A stretch of 56,154 nucleotides of DNA from Vicugna vicugna (lineage: Eukaryota), in the NCBI GenBank assembly GCA_013265495.1, contig MU057713.1, positions 66,757 to 122,910 of the forward strand. The letters run 5' to 3'. The position numbers and the translations under genes were made by a program. Every line of letters begins with the position of its first letter. Position 1 is the first letter of the stretch. The notes under the pieces are model-generated. The model worked only from the letters and a program-made list of their open reading frames with translations, was not told the origin of the DNA and made no database searches. This document shows, in pieces, positions 26,331 through 38,839 of this stretch.

Positions 26331-28417
26331 TAGTCACGTTGCTGAACTTTCATCTTTGTGATTCCAAAAGGCTCATGTCTATTATTGAGGAAAGGGCTTC
26401 TCCACTAGTGTTTGTTCTTAGACATCATGCGTGTTTTATTTTCCTTTCAAATGTGTAGTTCCACTTTGAAAAAATGATTACATTCAAATAATCTTACAGC
26501 TGTAAGAAGCTTTACATAACGTGTGATCTGCTGTTCCCTGATGTGTGTTTAACTGGATAGGCAGTAGTCTTGTACGATATGAATAAAGGGCAGCAAAGTC
26601 AAGGGAACACCTAAAATTAATTCCCTTCTTTAAGAGTCACAGGGCATATTAGCTTATCGAAAAGAAGAGTATTCCTGAAATAAAGGAACATGTTTACCTC
26701 TTTTTATCCTAGCAATGGAACATCAAACCACTTTAAACACAGTATGTGTTAACATATTTTATAAATATTGTTCTGTGGAACATTCTTGGGAGAAATTTGA
26801 ATTACTAGATAATGTATAATTCCCTAGTTCATGTTCAACAGACAAGTCTTCAATTCTTGCTTAGATAACTTCCAGTAACAGGAAACTCGCTATGCCAAAA
26901 GACGGTCCATTTCAACTACTTCTCACTTTTGAAAATAAAGACATTAATTAAGATGGATATAAATTAGTTCTATTAAATGTGTCCATGTCCACCTTTTTGA
27001 CCTCAGTCCTTTTTGCCACAGTGTATTAAGGATTATTTACCAGTTTAACGATGGCATCTGAAAACTCAGTGAACTCATTTGAAACAACTCCTATACTTAA
27101 CCTACCTAGTGGTTTAGTTTCTCTTCAGCAGCATTTGATCAATTCATTTTTGTTTCACAGGAGTTCTAAACATCCAAGAGAGAGGAGTAAATTTAGTAAA
27201 TCTTCCTTTCACTCAATCATCTGATAACCTAGTAAATAACACTGAAAGAAAGTCAACTATCATCTTACAATTATTATCATAATCAATATGACCAGTTTCA
27301 TTACCTGCCATTTGACTAGAAACTCCAGAGTTGCAAAGCCAAAGAATTACATAGCTAAAGTGCACATTTAGTCTTCCACATTCATTCTCCTAATCAATAA
27401 TTGTCGCCAAAGCACATGGTCATAAATCCACATATGCATGAGACACATTAGTTATTCACTAGTCATGATAATAAAGTACAGTCTATTAGTTTAAAAATAA
27501 CACTAATCAACCAAAATGATAAAATTTATTTATGTAAATGTACACAGTAAGATGCATAATAGGAGTAATTATTTAACTACAAAATTAAAAACTATTTTAC
27601 CAAGATAATCAATATTTGAGAAAAGAATAAATTATTTGTTTTGATCAACTTTTTAATAGAATTGTTGTCTTGGCCAATTCATTTGTGGTCAAGTTGCTTT
27701 CAATCTGATTATCTGTTACCCTTTCATAAATTAACCAAATACATAGTTCTCAAGAATTTTTTTAAGCTGCATTCAATAAATTCAACTAATCAAATTGATT
27801 TCAATCAAATTTCTTGGACCTAACGGTAGCTCTCAACGTTAAATGTCAGAATTTTAATTAAAGAGAATAGTGACTCCAGTGAGCTCTGAGTAATATATAA
27901 ACATTTGAATAGCCGTCTAATGACTCTACATGGACAGTTTGATTCTGAATGCAAATATATTCTTGAATAAATTAATAATGTTCTTGTTTCTTTTCCCAAT
28001 TACAATTTCAAATTAAGCTTATTCAAATGTCTTGCCACATTGGTAAGATATCTGTGGGTATTAATTAATTCTATTTAAAACTAAAAAGGTCTCAGGATGC
28101 ATTTGGCCCCTGAACTGTTTGTTGGGCATTTGGGTTTTTCTAAAGAGATGGGCATTTGATAGCGGCTGGACTAAAGTTTAGCCTCAGCCTTGGTATTAAG
28201 CCCAAATTTGTTATTAAGGTTGGCTTCAGATGTGGCCTTGAGAAAGCCAAATAGTCGAAAGCCTACCTCAGTGTTATTTCTGGCCTCACTGAGCCTGTGT
28301 TTAATCAGTGATCATGTAATGAATGGGTAGATAACCATCATTTCTAATCACAATAGTAACATAAATTAAAGACAGCAGGTCATTTGGATCCACTGTTAAT
28401 ATGAGAATACATAACTT

Positions 28418-28689
28418 AAGAACAAGTTTATGGTTACCAGGGGAAAAGGGCAGGTGGAGAGATAAATTGGGAGTTTGGGATTTGCTGATACTAACTACTC
28501 TACACCAAACAGACAGACAACAAGGGCCTACTGTACAGCACAGGGAACTACATTCAATACCTTGTGATAGCCTATAATGAAAAAGAATATGAAAAGGAAT
28601 ACGTATATATACTTATAACTGAACCTCTATGCTGTACACCAGAAACTAACATAACATTGTAAACCAACTATACTTCAATTAAAAAAAAA
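28418..28689 (+). mobile_element. Cetartiodactyl-type L1 3'UTR fragment with polyA and 14-bp TSD
   Basis: tatggttaccaggggaaaaggg...gataaattgggagtttgggatt...acagcacagggaactacattcaatacc...ctatacttcaattA10. TSD agaatacataactt (28404-28417) / agaatatgtaactt (28690-28703). Confidence 0.92.
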
Positions 28690-29199
28690 AGAATATGTAA
28701 CTTGGAGGAAATGTCCTTATGAGCTTTATATATTAAACAACTATTTCAGTCACTAATGCAAATGTATTTTTCTAAGAGTAAAATGGTGCAATAATTTATA
28801 TTTAATATTGAAAGTTGCTAAATTTATATCAAAAATGGTTAAAAACATCCAGAGGGTTAAACAAATAGGGACATACCTGAATTTAATATGTATTTTTTTA
28901 AAAACACACATGACCTTGATAACTTTAAGAAAAACGTAATCTATTTGATCCAAAAATTTTTATGAAATGCAAATAATGATAACATATGTAAATAGTAAGG
29001 TAGAATAGTAGAGATTCTAATGTTAATCTTTCCACAATTATTTAGTTTATAAGCACAGATGATATTAAATATTAAATATTAAGTATTTAATAAGATATTT
29101 AAAAATATTTATTTTAAATCATCTTCAGTTCAAATATAAAGAATACAAAGTACAAAAAAGAAGGTTTGAGAGAAATATGTATACCCTGAAATATCTCAC

Positions 29200-29273
29200 C
29201 TGCCCACCAACTCTGGTTGACAGTGAGCATCTATTTTATGTCACAAATTACGCAGACTGCCTACAGGCGCGTT
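29200..29273 (-). other. Candidate spliced exon A (74 nt), containing an ATG at 29230
   Basis: Minus strand: ctctcatcttttag|AACGCG...GGGCAG|gtgaga. All frames have a stop in the 5' half; ATG CTC ACT GTC AAC CAG AGT TGG TGG GCA G runs to the donor. Three CpGs are retained in very AT-rich surroundings. Confidence 0.5.
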
Positions 29274-29604
29274 CTAAAAGATGAGAGTGCACAGAAGTTA
29301 CTGTTCCTACACAACAATGTTAAACATTTCAACTTTGAGTCCTTGATACTTTAATAATAAAATTTAATAATTTTAAAATGTATAAAGCTTAGACGTATTA
29401 TCAACTTCAGAATTTAATTCTATGATTGTGATACTCAGCTTTGGCCTCGGCTTCCAGTGGGCCAAATATGTATTAATTGCACCTCTACCAAACGCATAAG
29501 AAATTTTACACCTAAACGAGTTTACTCATAGCAATCAATTCCAATAAATACATGTTTTTTCCAATTTCCATTTTTGTTAGAACACTGTCTTGGGGACTAA
29601 CTAA

Positions 29605-29760
29605 TTTAATTTCGAATCACTAGGTGACCCTAGATAAGTGATTTAAAGTCTTTAAACACTGGTTTCCAACAAGTCATAGATAATAACACCTACTTTGCAG
29701 TAATAAAAGCATTTAATGGGATCACATATTTAAGGACCCCAGGCCAGTGCTCTGTATGTA
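29605..29760 (+). mobile_element. MIR
   Basis: actaggtgaccctagataagtgatttaa...taataacacctactttgcag...atttaatgggatcacatatttaagg. Confidence 0.65.
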
Positions 29761-30375
29761 AAGGTTTTGAACAATTGGTGCTTTTCACTTTCTTCTTCCC
29801 CTTGCGCATGCCTCTAATGTGTGGAATTGCTGTCATTGTCACTTTATGGACCACAGAGGAAATTTTAAAAATGGAAACACAGAAATTGAAAATGGCAGGG
29901 AACTTTGAGAACATCTACTCCATTGTTTTCAATATTTTTAGTAGTAACACCCTTTCTCCCAGTAAAATCCCTCATGGAACCCCACACAGAAATGATCAAC
30001 TCAGAGCTGCTCTGGCTGAAGCAGAGATGAGGGTCCTTGGGTCCACCTCGGTTCCCTCCCACCTCACCCTGCACACAGCGGACTCTTCATCACCTCATCC
30101 CCACAGAATCCCAGGACACTGTACAGGAATGGAAAGCAGAAAGCAGAACTTACAAGTACCGTTTTCTGGAAACTATCTTTACCCCACCTTGTGTGCCCTT
30201 GTGCAGGTCACTTAACCTCTTTAGTTAATCTCTTTGATTTTTTTAATTTGATAGTGAGGAGTTTGAAGTATTCCATTCTAAGTCCAATCCATTTCCATCT
30301 CTTTTCTGTCTTTTACCACCAAGCTTCCTGAAGAGAAATCTACATACACAAATAGTTTTTTTCAAAAGTTACCAT

Positions 30376-31000
30376 TTGGGGCAAATTGTATTTTCAAAGA
30401 TGGAAGCAATGAAATCTCCCTTTTCATATGTCCTTTTGCAGTGTGATATTACCATCCACCAATCAAGAGATGAAGTCTGATTCCCTTCCCTTGAGTCTGA
30501 TTCTTTTACCTATGCCAGCCTCAGTTACCTGCTTGCACCCAACACTCTGCAGCAGCAGAATGATGCTGTGTGATTTCCCAGGCTAGATTAGAGAAGGCCA
30601 CACAACTTACGTCTGTTTCCCTTGGAAAGCTCACCACCACATGTTCCCTCTCTGGACACTTTCTCTTAGAAACAACCCTGGCATTAAGCTGTAACATGTC
30701 CAAGCCAGAGGAGATGTCACCTGGAGCTGCTCTGGTCAGCAGTCCCAGCTGAACCCCATCTGCAGGTCATGGCAGACCACACACCAGACATGAGAACAAA
30801 GCCTCCAGATGATGCCAGCTCTGGTCTTCAAGTCACTATAAGCCAGTCAAGTGTTACCACTGGAGACCTCAAATAGGTCATCTGCTATCTCTGCCTTGAC
30901 CAAATTCCTGATTCAAAGAATCTGTGAGCATAATGAAACGGTTGTCTTTTTGCCACTAAGTTTGGGAAGACTGATTATGCAGCAATAGATAACCAGAACA
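30376..31000 (+). mobile_element. MaLR solo LTR (MLT1H-like)
   Basis: gcaaattgtattttcaaagatgg...caagagatgaagtctg...aaattcctgattcaaagaatctgtgagcataat...gccactaagtttggg...gcagcaatagataaccagaaca. Confidence 0.9.
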
Positions 31001-31269
31001 TTCACAGCTTTATTACCTAACTAAATCCAGTGCTTTCTACACATTTTTAATCATCTTCAGCCTTGCAAGCACCCAGTCTTTAAATTTCCATTTTATCTTT
31101 ACATTCATGACATAGCACATTCTGATTCTCTCATCACTTCAATCTTTTTCGATGAATGCATTTCTTCTAGCAAACTCTCAAAAGGTGTTCCCAGAAGGCC
31201 TTCCTTCAGCCCTCTTACCTGCTCTCTCCTCTTGACTAGCTCATCACTGCTAGAATTTAAATTATAAAT

Positions 31270-33260
31270 TATTTTATTCATTAATTCATTCAATAAATAT
31301 TTACTGAATACCTAAAATATGTGTCAGACACTGTTCTATGGACTGGATATATGTAACTGTGCACCAGACAGACAGCATCCTTCCTCTGAAAGTGCATATA
31401 TTCTAGTGAGAATATATAGAAAATAAATTAGCATATAATAACACAATATCTCAAGTAGAAACAAGTGCTATGAAGAAATATAAACCAGTCTGAAATGGAC
31501 AGAGAGGTACTATTTTATATAGAGTAGTAATAAGAGATATTTTTAATAAGATGTTTTTGATCAGAGACCTATACAAAATGAAGGATCCAGCCCTACATAT
31601 AGAGAAAGCTCATTCCAGAAAGACGTATGTGATCAGAGTGTTTGAAAACGACAAGGAGGCAGGAATGGCTAGATTAGAGTGAAGCAGTAAGACAGTTATA
31701 GACGATGTAGCCAGTTATCCAGGAAGCAGACTGGGCCTTCTGGCTATCACAGAGGCTTTGGATTTTACTTTAAGAAAGATGAAGCAGAAATACCATGTAT
31801 GGTAATGAATCTCTAGCTCTCCTCTCCTTTTGGGCTGTCAAAAAACAGACTTCTCAACTGGGCAAGACTTTTAGTCTCGACTAGATGTGGCCAATGAAAT
31901 ACGAGTGGGAGTAATATGTTACATTTGAGCTGAGGCATTAAAACTGTCATTCAGAATTTTTTATCCTCTCTCTTCACCTGCCTGAGAAATCAACAACACT
32001 ACAGTTCCCAGTGGTTGAGCTATAACAATCTAGAGTCTCTACTGGCCTGGGTCTCCAAGGGACTAAAGGGAACAGATCAACCACTTCTTTTCCCAAACAG
32101 ATACACGACGGACATGCTGCACAGGTGAGAGCCTCTAGGGGGTTCACCACTGGAATGTATTTCTGTAGTATAATCTAGCCAACTTTGACTGAGGATGGAA
32201 GGTCCTGCAGGGTTTGAGCAGAAAAGCAGCTTGATGACATATTTTTAAAAGTTCATACTGGCTATTGTGTGGAGAATAGGCTGTAGGGAAAAATAATGAA
32301 ATCAGGAGACCAGTGAGAATCAGCAACAATAGTCCAAGAGAGAGATGATAGTGAAATGGATTAAGGTGGTAACTAAGATGACCATTATCCTAATCAGAAC
32401 ACCTCCGAGAGTAAAAGAGAATGGTGGTGAAAAGTTAAGCATATATGAATATATTCTAAAACTATCAACAGCATACGGTGATAGGTTAGATGTTGATTGT
32501 GAGAGAAAGAGAGGTGTCAAGGATGATTTCAAGGTTCTTTCTTAGCAACTGGAGAATGGAGATGGGAAAGACTGAGAAAAAGAGCAGATATGGGGCAGGA
32601 CGTAAGGAACCAAAACATGATACTAGTAAAGTTAGGTTTGAAATGTATGTTAGATATGAAGGAGAGGTCACTCAAAGAATTGGATATATGAGTATGTAAA
32701 TGAGGGGAAAAGTTGGGACTGGGGCTAAAAAATTACAACTTATGAATATGTAAATAGTATCAAAATCATGGGAGTCTAGATAGAGAAAAGAAGAGGTCCA
32801 AGGACTCAGCCCGAAAGATGAGAAGGATCCTTTAAGGAGACTGAGGGAGGATGGCAAGTGAAATTAAAAGAGAACTAGGAAAGAAAGGGTCTCTAAGAAA
32901 ATAAGTAAATATCTTAATAGTAAGTATGCTCTGTGTCAGTATCAGCTATGACGTCAAGTAAAGTGAGTGCTGGGGATTATACTATGGGTTTGGCAACATG
33001 AAGGGTATCAGTGACCTTGAAAGGAGCCATTTCAGAGGACTGATGGGAACCGAAGCCTGACTGAGGTGGTTAAAATAAAATTGAAAGAGAAAATGTAGAG
33101 ATAGCACATTCAGACATGTCCTTCAAGGAGCAAATAAACGAATCAGGACGTGAAGGTGGGGTCAGGAGAATTTTTTTTAAGATATGAGGTACAAGTATGG
33201 TTTTATGTTAATGAGGATGATCCAACAAAGAGGAAATAATTGATGATGCAGGGGGGATAA
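31270..33260 (-). mobile_element. Long LINE-2 relic, with a nested LTR at about 31795-32190
   Basis: ttattcattaattcattcaataaatatttactgaatacc...tgtcagacactgttcta (antisense L2a 3' end), then continuous L2-like sequence (gtcaaggatgatttcaaggtt, gtgaccttgaaaggagccatttcag). Confidence 0.85.
31795..32190 (+). mobile_element. ERVL/MaLR LTR nested in L2
   Basis: tagatgtggccaatgaaatacgagtgggagtaatatg...cctgggtctcc...tagtataatctagccaactttgactga; L2 resumes on both sides. Confidence 0.55.
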
Positions 33261-33919
33261 AAGAACAAATGAAAAAGTGAAGTCCTTCACTTCTGAAGCA
33301 TCATGGCCTCATAGTTCTTCCCATTCCGCTTCCAGAAATGTTCAAATTTATATTCCTGATTCTTGGGACCAGGGACAGCACTCTTAGTCCCTCTTCAGTC
33401 TTCCATGAGTCTCTGCTGCCTAGCTAGTAATGTCAAATATCTCTGGCATAGCACCCCGGGGCCTTATATAATAGCCCCAAACTACCTTCTTGAACTTAGC
33501 ACCATCGATAGTGTTCCAGAACTCTCTGCCTCAGATAAACTAGGGTGACTCACTACTCCAAACATGCTGCAAGCCTCCCCAACTCCTTGTGTTTCATTAT
33601 GCTGTTGTACTGTATCTACAGCTCCAGTTTCAATGATCTCAAACCTGGCTATGCATCAGAACAACATGGAGCGGTCTAATGTACACATCAAATTGCCCTA
33701 CTGCAAGATCCAGGGTAGAGCCTAGAGATTCTCACTATTCTCACGTGATTTTTATGTATAAAGCCAAAGTTGTTCTGTAAACCAAGGATGGAAATTTCCA
33801 CTGCACCAACTGAAGCCATTAAAATTCTGCTCACCCTTCAAGATCCAGGGAATATCTCTTTACCATTATCCCTTCTCACTGAAATTCATTACTCCCTTTC
33901 TCACTTACTCTGTGTTTGT

Positions 33920-33985
33920 TTATTCTATATTCCAGGCACTGATCTAAGTGCTTTCATACACATTATCTCACTTAATCCTCACAAG
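33920..33985 (-). mobile_element. MIR 3' fragment
   Basis: ctatattccaggcactgatctaagtgctttcatacacattatctcacttaatcctcacaa. Confidence 0.8.
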
Positions 33986-34959
33986 TACCAAGAATCAACA
34001 TAACTTAGATATGGCTCCCGTCCCAGTCTCATTGTTTTGCTCCTGGGCCTACCTACGGACAGGCGTCCAGCTTATAGACTGCTTGCTTCTTCCCACTCAA
34101 GGGAAATGAGAATTTGGTAGCATGAGCAGGAAGTCAGTAAAATCAACAGCATCCGGCTGCCTGATGATGTGACTTGCTGCTGGATTTCTCACCTGCACAT
34201 CAGCTCTTATTTCTGCTGTGAATAACTCCTGTGATTCAGAGGGTTGACCTTCACCTGACCCAGAGACTTTGGCTTCTGCAGAGGGAAATCTGGCAGACCG
34301 ACTGTGCCTTCAGGCCAGTCCACAGCAACATGTGCGACAGAGCACGCCCGCGGGTTGTAGGTTTCAGTACAGCTGTGTACTGACCTGGTGTACGGAGCTT
34401 TGTACTGTGTTTTGCTAAGAGGTCAGTATGTGTTCTCCCAAGTCCCTTCCTGGGGAAGACATCAACTCATGGGGGACCATCCTAATTACATAACTCCAAA
34501 CAGTGAACAAACCCTGCAGATAAAAGTAAGTGGAGAAAAACTGCAAGAAATTTCCAGTTCTAAAACCGCACCAACAGCAGATTTTATCCTTTGACTGGGT
34601 TCTTATTTTTTCTGGCTTAAGTGACAGCCACTTCTCTTCATTATTACTCTTATTCAACAAAATCAATAATGTAATATATAGTATTGAAGCCACTGCAATT
34701 ATTTTTTGCATCAAATCATATAATTTATTTCTTTTATGGTTCTAGACACTCCAAACTTTGTTCTTGGAACAAGGTCTTTTTTTTTTTTCCCTATCATTTT
34801 CTTAATGTTTCTTCCCCAGTGACTATAATCCTTCATAATTGCTTTTGTTGTCTCAGCTGCACTGTCTTGACTATTTTCTGCGTTTCTAACTAAATGCTAA
34901 TCCATCTCTTCACATTGCCTGAGGGAAAAATCAGCCTGACCCCAAACTTCACTGTCTTC

Positions 34960-35480
34960 TTCTGACTATAAAATACGTAAAACCTGTGAACAGGTATTAA
35001 AAAGAAGATAAAAACTACACACAACCCAAACTAAGCCACTGTTAACAGTAATGTGTTTTTCTTTCCAGACTTTGACATAATTATATATAAATAACTATAT
35101 TTTAGAAATTAGGGTAATGCTACATATAGTTTTTACTATAATTAAAAAATATATATATCAAGTCTTGAGCACTTTCTATGTTCTTTGAAAAAGGGGACTT
35201 GGACTTTTCATGTTTAAAGAACAAATCATTTTAATGACTATAATATTGTATCAGACACTACCATGATTAATTTAATTATTTTTATACTGTTGAATGTTTA
35301 GGATGTTTTCCATCTTTTACTATTATGAACAATGCTTCAATAAGCAACTCTGTGACTACTTTTAAACTGTCAAAAAGAACTTCAAATAAACATCCTCAAA
35401 CACAGATCTCTGACACAGGTCTGAATTTTTCTTTAGATTTATAGATGTGAAAAATTACCGAAAGAAAGAGCGCAAACATT
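34960..35480 (-). mobile_element. Old L1 (L1ME-like) fragments
   Basis: ttttaatgactataatattgtatc...tgtttaggatgttttccatcttttactattatgaacaatgct. Confidence 0.6.
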
Positions 35481-35625
35481 CTGTTTCTTCCTTCATTCTA
35501 CCTAAAAAATAGGTTATCACCTATTTTGTGCCAGACCCTATTATAGGCATTAGAAATACAGCTGTGGACAAGATGCAGTGATTGTACCACTGTCCTCAGC
35601 ACCTTCGGGACTGAAGTAACAGTAA

Positions 35626-36260
35626 ATACAGTGGACGTTCTCTGCACTAACTTCCACCTAGACAATTCTGGATTATACGATGTCCTCCATTCCTAGTCTG
35701 TGATCAGTGGATTCCCCAAACACCAAGAGAAGCATAATTTTGGTTAAGGACTACTTGTTCCTACTAATTAAATTGTGTACTTACAAGAAATCGGTTGTGT
35801 GTGCGCCCAGATATGTTTATATGAGTTGTACTTGTCAGTGCACTTACACAATTCAATTAACTATTATAAAAACTGATGTGATCTGAATGTGAAAGCTTTG
35901 GAAAGATTCACAAGTAAATAAAAAAACATTTCTGAGGAGTTAGGTGTGAGTGAAACAATATATAGAAGAATGGGGAAAATGATGCCTGGAAACGTCCCAC
36001 ACGCAGATTACTCCACAAACGTCTTAGATTCCTGAATTCCAACCCGGAAATTTAGAGGAGAAGAAATTTAGATTATGAGTGTTTATACAGGGAAGATAAG
36101 GCAAAACTCTTCAGAGGAATAATCTCCAGAGGCCTTGGGACTCCCTAACAGCGAATTAATGTGTATTTTTGCCAGTTTTAAGTTTTACAGTTTTCTCCTT
36201 AAGCCAGCTGTTGGACTAACTAATCACTACTGGTCTCAGGGACAGTGAATAAAATAAACT
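35626..36260 (+). mobile_element. TcMar-Tigger DNA transposon relic with a transposase HTH fragment
   Basis: Begins tacagtggacgttc (TA + CAG). Around 35893-35980 it translates KALERFTSK*KNISEELGVSETIY, like the pogo/Tigger psq-HTH. Confidence 0.6.
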
Positions 36261-36399
36261 CTTCCTTAACAAAAGCAAAGCTCTTATAAAATAGCTCCAA
36301 ACTGCTTTGTTCAAAGTTAGTCTAATTGCACTCCTCAAAACTGGTTCCTGTGTCTCTTTACTGTAAATTAGCTATCACCTAGTATACAGAATCTTTGCG

Positions 36400-36720
36400 A
36401 ACTATATTTGGATATATCACTGTTATGCTTTTAGCAAGTTAATCGTGAAATGGAACCAATTTTTCTGTTTATTTATTTATTGGGAGTTTGTATTCCTTCC
36501 TGTGTGAGTTTCCCAATACCCTGTGAAAGTGTTTGCGGGTTTTTCCTGTATTGATTTGTAAAACATTCTTAATGTATTTAAGCTATTACCCCGTTACCTG
36601 GCGTAAGTATTTTTTGAAGTCTGTCTCTTATATTTTTATTTGTGGTGTTTGTTAACTGACCAAAGGTTTTAATTTTCATACAGTCAAATTCATCATTCCA
36701 TAACTTTCATCTCTAAACTT
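36400..36720 (-). mobile_element. Old L1 ORF2 fragment
   Basis: ttgatttgtaaaacattcttaatgtatt...aaaggttttaattttcatacagtcaaatt. Confidence 0.65.
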
Positions 36721-37204
36721 ATTCATATCATGTGAATGACTTAACAACTAACAGATTTGAGAGGGATTACAATCAATAGTGTCTCAGAGCCATGCTAATT
36801 TATTTGTATTTTCTTTTTCTTTTATTACTATTTCTTTGAGTTGGGAAACAATCAGATTATGTGGCATTACCTTATTATTTCCATAGGTGAGTTCTCCTCC
36901 ATTTTTTAACATCTATTCTCACAAGGATAAAATGAATGTTGTTCTTAATTCACACCATAACCCTTAACCCACTGGTGCTACCTGACAGTTAAATAAATTG
37001 CAAAGCACTTCTGACGTATAACCCCCTTAGCAGCAGTATTTAAATATGAGTCATACTCTTGGTGTAGACAGCACGTATGTTATATGAAATCCACTAAAAT
37101 TCCTTTAGATGAAATTAATCTGGAATCTTTGAACACCTCCTCTCTAATATTCACCACTGTTACGTCTGACATGCGAGTCCTGAAATTTTCTGACTGAGTC
37201 CGGG

Positions 37205-37500
37205 AATTCATTCCTACACTCAACTACTAATCAGAGACATACTCTTAGCCAGATTCTGTGCTAACTGCTGAAAATAACACAGAACTAACAGCCGTGGTTG
37301 CTGCACTCCCGAAACTCGCATTCTAGTGGGGAAGGGAGATGGCAAACAAATTATACCCATAAAAAAGTAATTATAATCTTAATAAGTGTTAGGAAGAAGT
37401 GCAAAGCGCTACAAGAGCTTGTAATTAGGGTTCTTTGAGGAAATGGTACCAGAGAAGAGCACTGAAGGACTGGAAGTAATTAGCCAGTGGAGTAGACAAC
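37205..37500 (-). mobile_element. LINE-2 3' region
   Basis: aattcattcc...gccagattctgtgctaactgctg...gaaactcgcattctagtgggga. Confidence 0.7.
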
Positions 37501-37539
37501 ACTGGAGTTGGTGGAGTGGCTCACAAAACTCGGAAAGGA

Positions 37540-37935
37540 TTCTGTGCTGCCTCATCTGTTTCACATGAGCTTAGCCCACAGCACGAGCTGGTCCAAGGAG
37601 GCATGGACATTTGATCTAATGTGAGCCAATTGTGAGGACTAAACCAAAGATAGGAGACTCAAGGCCTCTCTGGTCAGAGAAGAGTCAACGCCGGCTGGAG
37701 ACTCAAGCGCGCTGCTGTGGCTGCTCTCTCATGTGGAGGAAGGAAGTTTGTAGAAGGAGATGAACTTGATGTCAACGACAGAGACAAGGAAGGCGCCCAG
37801 GCAGCATTTAGGTTTCTGGCGCCAGTTGTCCCTAAGACCTGGGCCATCCCTGCCCTCAGACAGTCATGTGAGATGCTGCAGTGCGCTTCCAACAAACCCC
37901 TCTTTTCCCAAAGCTTGCTGAATGTGAACTTGCAT
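37540..37935 (+). mobile_element. Old MaLR LTR (MLT1J/K/L-like)
   Basis: gagccaatt...ggtttctggcgccagttgtccctaagacc...caacaaacccctcttttcccaaagc. Confidence 0.5.
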
Positions 37936-38269
37936 GCTAAGTCACGTGAGCAGGTGAAACGGGAGGAAGTGTATTCCAGACAGAGAAGACAACACAGGAC
38001 AAAGCTCAGAGGAGACAAAAGATGGACAGGATTGACAGAGTCCCTCAAGATGGAAAGAGAAACCTTCCGAGGTGAGACTAGTCAGCCAGCAAGAGCGGGA
38101 ATCACGGAGGGCATGATGGGCCATTTGCAGAATTTGGGATGGGGCCGAGAAACGTTCACATTGTTCCCACGGAAGCAGAAAGGAAGCAAACAAAACAAAC
38201 AAAAAAGCAATCCAATGATTGAAAAATATGTTCCTCCCGGGCAGTTTTTTTTCAATAATTTCAGCAAAC

Positions 38270-38354
38270 TTTTTTTAAACAGACATTGGGGATCAAACCC
38301 AGGACCTCATGCATACTAAGCATGCGCTCTACCACTGATCTACGCCCACCCCCC
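38270..38354 (-). mobile_element. tRNA-derived camelid-type SINE (Vic-1-like), short form
   Basis: Minus strand: ggg...cgtagatcagtggtagagcgcatgcttagtatgcatgaggtcctgggtttgatcccc (A and B boxes) plus A tail. TSD-like cagcaaac at 38262-38269 and 38356-38363. Confidence 0.9.
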
Positions 38355-38519
38355 ACAGCAAACATTTTTCAGCACCTGTTACAGAAGTGTAGCGGGGGGT
38401 GGGACAGCAGGGGGAAGGATAAGCACTTGCTTTCCCAGAACATTATTTAAAAGGTACATTTTTCCAAAAACTTTGAAGAAATGTAACATTTGTAAAGACT
38501 GTGACAAACAAACATTGAG

Positions 38520-38744
38520 CAGTGATTCTCACCTGGGGAAATCCTGACTTCCCATTCCCCAGGGACACTCGGCAACTTCTGAATACATTTTTGATTGTCA
38601 CAACTGGAGTGGGAGGGGCTGCTTGGATGCAACGTGCGGGAGATGAATGGATGCTGCTAAAATCCTGCAATGCACAGGACTGGCCCCCACAACCAAGAAT
38701 AATCCATCCCTAAGGATCTCAGCCTCTAAGGCTGAGAAATCCTG
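38520..38744 (+). mobile_element. MER20 (hAT-Charlie MITE), full length
   Basis: cagtgattctca...ccccagggacactcggcaa...tttgattgtcacaactgg...ggatgctgctaaaatcctgcaatgcacaggac...tgagaaatcctg, with TIRs. Confidence 0.9.
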
Positions 38745-38839
38745 CCTTAGAGGAAGCAAGATGATACTAAAAGCATTAGACATGAAGTCACCCAAGAGCA
38801 GAGACTTCATTCAGGCTTGTTCTGCCTGGTGTTAAAACT

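Noticed and set aside
29775..30215. 146-aa + strand ORF
   Set aside because: TTG start, no recognisable motif, no convincing splice context, flanked by repeats.
37717..38319. Longest ORF in the window (200 aa, +)
   Set aside because: Starts at GTG and runs across a MaLR-like LTR and purine-rich sequence into an antisense SINE. No recognisable domain; a chance ORF.
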